A stretch of 64,000 nucleotides of DNA, from NCBI RefSeq assembly GCF_964355755.1, contig NC_092672.1, forward strand, positions 31,130,437-31,194,436, in the 5' to 3' direction. A program made the position numbers and the translations under genes. Shown piece after piece: positions 58,701-64,000 of the stretch (position 1 is its first letter; each line of letters starts with the position of its first letter). The stretch comes from Antedon mediterranea. Its lineage: Eukaryota > Animalia > Echinodermata. The notes under the pieces were generated by a model. It was not told the DNA's origin. It made no database searches and saw only the letters and a list, made by a program, of their open reading frames with translations.

Positions 58701-61700
58701 CCACCAAGCCACAACTCCACTCATAACCACCAAGCCACAACTCCACTCATAACCACCAAGCCACAACTCCACTCATAACCACCAAGCCACAACTCCACTC
58801 ATAACCACCAAGCCACAACTCCACTCATAACCACCAAGCCACAACTCCACTCATAACCACCAAGCCACAACTCCACTCAATTTTCAATTAAACACTCCAA
58901 ATAAAGACACCTTCAATTAAAGAAACCTCTAATTAAAGACCACTCTACACAAATTCCCTCAATGACTCACCTCTAAACGAGCTGTATATTGTTCAGTATC
59001 TTCCTTAAACACCATGAGGCATGTACTATCCACATCATAGTGTCTTCGCATGGTGTTTACTTGACTCTTGAAGCTGGCAAAGCCAAACGCCATTTTATCT
59101 CTGAATTCATACGCTGTCATTAAGTAGAGGAGTGACGGGGAAGCTTTACGCGAGAAGAGTAACGTGCGAGGGCGGTTGTCGGAATATCCAGCTAAGAAGC
59201 TTTTATAGTTGTCATCGTCAACCTGAACAAAATATGTAAATATTGGAAAAATTAGTAGTTTGGTTTACAAATTTGCAATTCGACAATGAAAATGTATTGA
59301 AAACCCATTTTATTTGAGAGCACATTGTTTTCAGATAAGAATCTATCTCAAGCCTGGAATTACATCAATTGTATCAACAAGTTTATGTGTAACATGCCTA
59401 CGGTTGAAATTTGAGGCCAAATACATCATACATATCACAGTAGAAACCCTGTAAAGAGGACATCTTCAGTCCCTGTAATGTCCCCTGAGTATGGGTTGGC
59501 CATTGTGTTATAATATACTATTTATAAATAGGGGTGTCTCAATAAAAGAGCTTTTACTGTATTCTCATAAGATACTTTAAATATAAAGTATATTTTCCGC
59601 ATCACTGGTCAAAATTCAAGTTCTGTATTAATTATAAATTATAATTATTAATATTCTATAATAGATTAATTCCAAATGCAATACATGGGCCAGAATGATG
59701 CAAGTAGTTAATAATGAACACATTGTTGTCAATGTTCCTCTACTAGCTTATTTGATATGTCAAGATTATTTTTAGCATGTTTGAAATTCTTTCTTAATAC
59801 TTTATTTGTCCATTAACAAAATAAAAAATATTGCTTTAATGAACACTTTCAATCTCAATCTTAAATATTAAACCATTATTGAGCAAGAAATCAATGTCAC
59901 TGTACCTTCTCAATGGTTGTAGTGGGAAACATATTCATAGCAAACGCCTTTAAGCTGTTGATGTCAATGACGGTCTGCGATCCAAAATGGTAAATCGTCT
60001 CATCTATCACACCAACAATAGACGGATAGCTATTGACACCAAGGGCGCGTACCAACTGCCGGTCATGATCACCATAGACGGTACCAATACCAACACCTAC
60101 ACCAAATTTTATGTTAATTTATTAGGTAAATATGTTAATTTTTGCATTCATTCATTTCCTTTATTTCGGATAGTACATCCATACAAAACAAACAAAACAA
60201 AAAGAGACAAAATTTCACCAGAAAATTCACAATAGCATCTTCCACAAAAACAACCTAAAATATCAATTTGCACCAACGCTGATGCAGGTTGGATTGTGGA
60301 AGTACGTTAACTATGGTTTGAATTTTAAAACTATTACAACTGTCATGAATTCTGTTCTTAAAACTATGAATGGAGTTCTTCCAATATTCATAGAATGAAT
60401 TAATCTTAATTTAACTATTTTTTAACTGCAATTTCAAGGTTTGTTCTAATGTATAAGTGTTATATGAGGCAGTCAATTACAATAAATAGTAGGTATAATT
60501 ACCTCCAAAATTATATTGTATAAACAGGTTTTAAAGATTAAACAAAATGTAGGTACTGCAGTTACTGCAGTAGAATAAATTTTACATGCTTTATAATAAG
60601 TATCACAAATATTACATCTTACCAGCCTTTTGCAATTCATGTACATTTTCCTCCCAAATTCCTTCCACTCGATAACAATGAAAACACATTTGTCCCGTGA
60701 CTAGAAACATGTAAACTTTCTTACGACTCTCGGGTAGAACAGTGTCGTGAAACATGTGGTATTTTATCCTTGGTGAATTCTTATTTTGTTGACGTCTGTG
60801 ACCACCGCCAGAAAAATCAAATTTAAAATTGAAACCATTACTGAACCCGTTGAAGCCTTGGAATGGGTTGTGATGTTGCTGCGCCTGCTGACGGTCATCA
60901 ACATACCCATGGTCATCGTATTGCCGACGCTTTTCTTCATCCGAAAGAATCTAAAAATGAAGGCACAAAAAAGTTATCAGAAGCTATAACAGCTAACTAG
61001 AAGGGGACTTGGAGGGTGCATACTCCCGCCTAGTATAATTCCCCTACATAAGATTTCCTCCAAAATGTCATTTCTGTTGGTTACGTTTCCCTGCACTGCA
61101 TTGTTTCGATCAAAGATGTCTTCGGTTTCGTGAACAATGTCACGTGTATCCCAATGATAAATGTGTCCATTGCTGTGGTCACTCAGCCTGATATTTGACC
61201 TAGGCATACAGTATGAAACCATTTTCATAAGATTTTAATGGATGGCATCCATTAAAATCAGGCAATAACCTTTGATTAACCCTGCTAACACACACGCTTG
61301 ACTACATAACATCCTTGTATTGGTGGAGGTAACTAAGTACTGTACTTTAATTTATAAAACAGTTTAACAATAACATACCTCGTAGGCTTTTGATATGGCA
61401 ACAAATTTATTTTCTGCATCAGGATCATCATTTTTATCTGGGTGCCTACAAGAAAAACATTTATTAAAAAGTTTATTTACACCAATCTCTTTCTTGTAGC
61501 AATATTTAAATTACCGTATTTATTCGAAAAGGTGAGGGGAGCTTTAATCGGGGATGGCATTTATTCAAAGCGGGGTGCATTTATTCAAATAATACGGTAC
61601 ATTAATTTGCATAATTTTAGATAATTGTTTAAAAATAAACCAAATAAAAATATTCTGTATAATTCAAGTCACTTTAAGGACTGTAGATGTTTGAACAATT

Positions 61701-62335
61701 GCCATATGGTGAGAATTGTATTATCAGTATTGCATCTTATCTTATTGGTACATTAGACTGTAGAGCATTTATATTATTCATAACCTCTGATAGATTATGC
61801 AGGTACAGTACAGTAATACAGTCAACTCTCCCAAGAAAGGGACACCATTGGACTGGGCTATGTCTGGCGTTCTGATAACTGAAACCTAAAAAAGGGGAAG
61901 CTTTTATTTTTGGGAGAGAGTCCAAGTTTGAGAGAGTTGACTGTTATTTCTAACACGATAATTCAATTATTACAGCTTTTACTTTTTTTTTAAATTGAAT
62001 GGTGAGTTGATTAAATATATAAATTTTATTACACAAATCACATTATAATTATATTTCATTAAATAATAAAATAATAGGCCTAGGCCTAGCTAAATTACAA
62101 AATTGCAGGTCAATATATAATACACTTACCATTCTCGAGCAAGTGATTTGTACGCACGTTTTATATCTTTCAGGCTAGCAGTCCGGCGAACGCCCAGAAC
62201 ATTATAGGGGTTGGGTGTTTCTTCTGCCGCGGCAATAGTTGAGCTGCTTTGGCGTTCGTCGGTTCTGAGCTCGAGGCCTACAAATAGAACTTGATATAAC
62301 GCTAAATGGAGAAAAGTTAAACTAAGTCGAGCCAT
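52762..62335 (-). CDS. DNAJC16: DnaJ homolog subfamily C member 16 (ERdj8), complete copy B, about 765 aa
   Basis: 13 phase-consistent exons: 62335-62130, 61445-61379 (WHPDKN), 60950-60623 (CFHC), 60096-59906, 59222-58971, 58220-58090 (APRLTSQQVFDDLCP), 57866-57686, 57306-57121, 56281-56193, 55605-55522 (TM), 54455-54411, 54246-54085, 53137-52762 (LAINAHRKYYCLY...LSMWMDRLYDGS...WPTFDS*). Total 2298 nt. Confidence 0.95.
53295..53923. repeat. 20-bp minisatellite interrupted by an about 145-bp LINE 3'-end-like insert (about 53421-53565)
   Basis: Unit TGCACAATGTCACACTTGGC/GAC, more than 20 copies. The insert GGACCCCGTTGGAAACAAG...GTTATCC ends AATAAATCAAATCAAATC. Confidence 0.9.
55260..55454 (+). 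mobile_element. 5'-truncated copy (3' UTR only) of the LINE at 27721-32555
   Basis: Near-identical reverse complement of 27735-27902, including the stem-loop. Possible TSD AACGT (55255-55259, 55455-55459). Confidence 0.9.
55995..56153 (-). mobile_element. About 155-bp interspersed repeat (LINE/SINE 3'-end-like); second copy at about 60150-60305
   Basis: Both copies have the stem CTTCCACAA...TTGTGGAAG, inner hairpin CCAAC...GTTGG, and end AATAAAGGAATGAA on the minus strand. Confidence 0.6.
56712..57086. mobile_element. MITE with about 45-bp TIRs
   Basis: TTAGTCCATGGGCTGGAGGGGG.TACCGTGCAC(C)n / (G)nTGCACGGTAACCCCCTCCAGCCCATGGACTAA. No clear TSD. Confidence 0.7.
58540..58877 (-). repeat. 26-bp minisatellite x13 derived from the 5' head of the tRNA-SINE
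   Basis: Unit CATAACCACCAAGCCACAACTCCACT (338 bp = 13 units). It continues directly into the SINE B-box region at 58478-58539. Confidence 0.95.
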
Positions 62336-62856
62336 TTAGTTATATACATTTACTATTTCATTAACTATAGAACGGAAAACATGCTTCACGAAGTGGATAA
62401 ATATAGAACAAAAGCATTTATTTATTATGAATATATTCGTGCTGCGCTGCCTACTGAAATTTCTTCGAAGACTGAACAAAATCTTTTCTCAGATCATCTA
62501 AACAATAATGTCGCCCTCTATAAATCGTAAACAATCTTCTTTTTCAATTGATCCCCCCGCCGTGTGATGAAAACACAATCCAACTGGCTGACGCTAGCTC
62601 GTACCTAGCTGCCTCCTGGGTAGTTGTGCAACTTCCTCATAATAGGCCTAGGAATTGCTGGTAGGTACATATCCTAATTGTTTTCTCAATAATATTAATT
62701 ATATATTACTAGATACTGTACTGGCTCCTATTTTACAGTCTCTTTTTAATTTAATTGAGAGTAAGAAAGAATTAAACTTGATTATAAAGAGTATCAATTT
62801 CTATTTGGTGTATTTAATTGATTTATTTTAGTATAGAATACTCCTTAAATAATAAT

Positions 62857-63872
62857 ATGGCTGGAAATGGAGGACAACACCATGAACTATATGGTGGTGC
62901 AATGACTGTAATGCTACCTGTAAATTTTGAAGATGTTAGGTGAGTATTAAGCCTGTCACGCCAAATGAGGTGCCACTGCCAAATAATGTAACCGCACTTA
63001 ATTTGGCGTCTATAGACGCCAAATTAAGTACTATTGCAATATTTGCTCCCAAACCCTTCCCACCACCATGCGTCCCGCATGCTATTTGCGATAAACCTTA
63101 TTAATTAGCCACAGTACAAAATGTTGGCATGATACTGTTCTATACAAATTGGTCATTTGTACAGAGCAGGTCCTGCTGTATTGACATCGCTTTTGTGCTA
63201 ACAACAATAACCAGGTTTCACTTCAAAATGTTCACGTCGTATACGAACACAGTTCCGAAATTTGTAAATTTTTCTAAATTTGTTTTTTTCTGTAATTGTG
63301 TTCTAGTCAAATTCGCCAGGTACCTGACAATCAAGAAGTATTTTCACACCCATCAACGGATCAAAGCATCATCATAGAGCTACTAGAATACCAACAAATA
63401 ACAGATGACTTGGCTGCCAAGTAAGTGCACTGTACAAAATAGTACTGGCACAGTTCACAGAAAACTCTGCGTATAATGTATTATTTTCTATCTGCATCTG
63501 ATCGACTGCATTGTAAAGTTTTCTATCAGCACAGGCCGGAAATAAGACGTACAGGCAGCTGATAGAAAACAAGGCATTATGCGTCAATAGCCTCAACACC
63601 AAATATTGACTATCGGCACGACAGAAAAGTTGATATTAATGTACACGCATGGTCGACCAAACCTTTAAAATGCCCTGTTAACTATCCAGCCATAACATAC
63701 AGTAAACTCACCCAAATTACTAATAAATTAATTAATTCACTTGATAATTAACCATACTTGTGTGGTTTATTTGCAGGTATCATTTTCAGGAAATGGCTGG
63801 CAGTAATGAAGCAACAAGTTTTGAAGTAACATCAGAAGAACAAGTGTCAACCAGTGAAGTCACAATGCACCA
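62857..63872 (+). CDS. RANGRF: Ran guanine nucleotide release factor (MOG1), first three coding exons; continues beyond window
   Basis: Exons 62857-62939 ([20 protein letters not shown]), 63307-63420 ([27 protein letters not shown]), 63777-63872 (YHFQEMAG...). These are hallmark Mog1 motifs with consistent phase-2 introns. The ORF track misses them. Confidence 0.92.
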
Positions 63873-64000
63873 GTAAGTCACAATTTAAGTCACAATTTAA
63901 GTCAAAATGCACCAGTAAGTCACATTTTAAGTCACAATACACCATTAAGTTACATTGCACCAGTGACAATTTAAGTCACAATGCCCAACAGTAAGTCACA
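63850..64000 (+). repeat. Degenerate tandem repeat derived from the RANGRF exon end and donor
   Basis: AAGTCACAATGCACCAGT / AAGTCACAATTT units recur to the window end. Confidence 0.75.

Noticed and set aside
53295-58877. 20-bp and 26-bp arrays as CRISPR arrays
   Set aside because: Head-to-tail repeats without unique spacers, no cas genes, and a eukaryotic intron context.
55995-60305. Paralogous intronic snoRNAs in DNAJC16-B
   Set aside because: No convincing C/D or H/ACA boxes at the right positions. The copies end in AATAAA plus a TGAA-like tail typical of retroposon 3' ends.

Overview
AT-rich eukaryotic genomic DNA from an animal, probably a marine invertebrate (taxon is inference). I reconstructed five spliced genes by hand from GT-AG boundaries and reading phase. 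They are MORN1 (-, ATG 7786, 3' end uncertain), SDF4/Cab45 (+, 12642-19957, ending HDEF), two tandem DNAJC16 paralogues (-) and the first three coding exons of RANGRF/MOG1 (+, from 62857). DNAJC16 copy B (62335-52762) is complete, about 765 aa, with a CFHC thioredoxin motif. Copy A (46171-33893) has lost the CxxC motif, has a GT>TT donor lesion and stops right after its TM helix. Introns and spacers are full of mobile DNA: a 4.1-kb Merlin-like element with about 826-bp TIRs, a very recent RT-less Ty1/copia element, an intact two-ORF L2/Crack-like LINE, many MITEs, SINEs and minisatellites. The most notable unexplained signals are two oppositely oriented type I hammerhead ribozymes stacked in a (TA)n tract inside a DNAJC16-A intron, a 105-bp 28S rRNA fragment in an SDF4 intron, and a 13-copy minisatellite built from a SINE A-box. 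No database searches were run, so family assignments rest on motif recognition.
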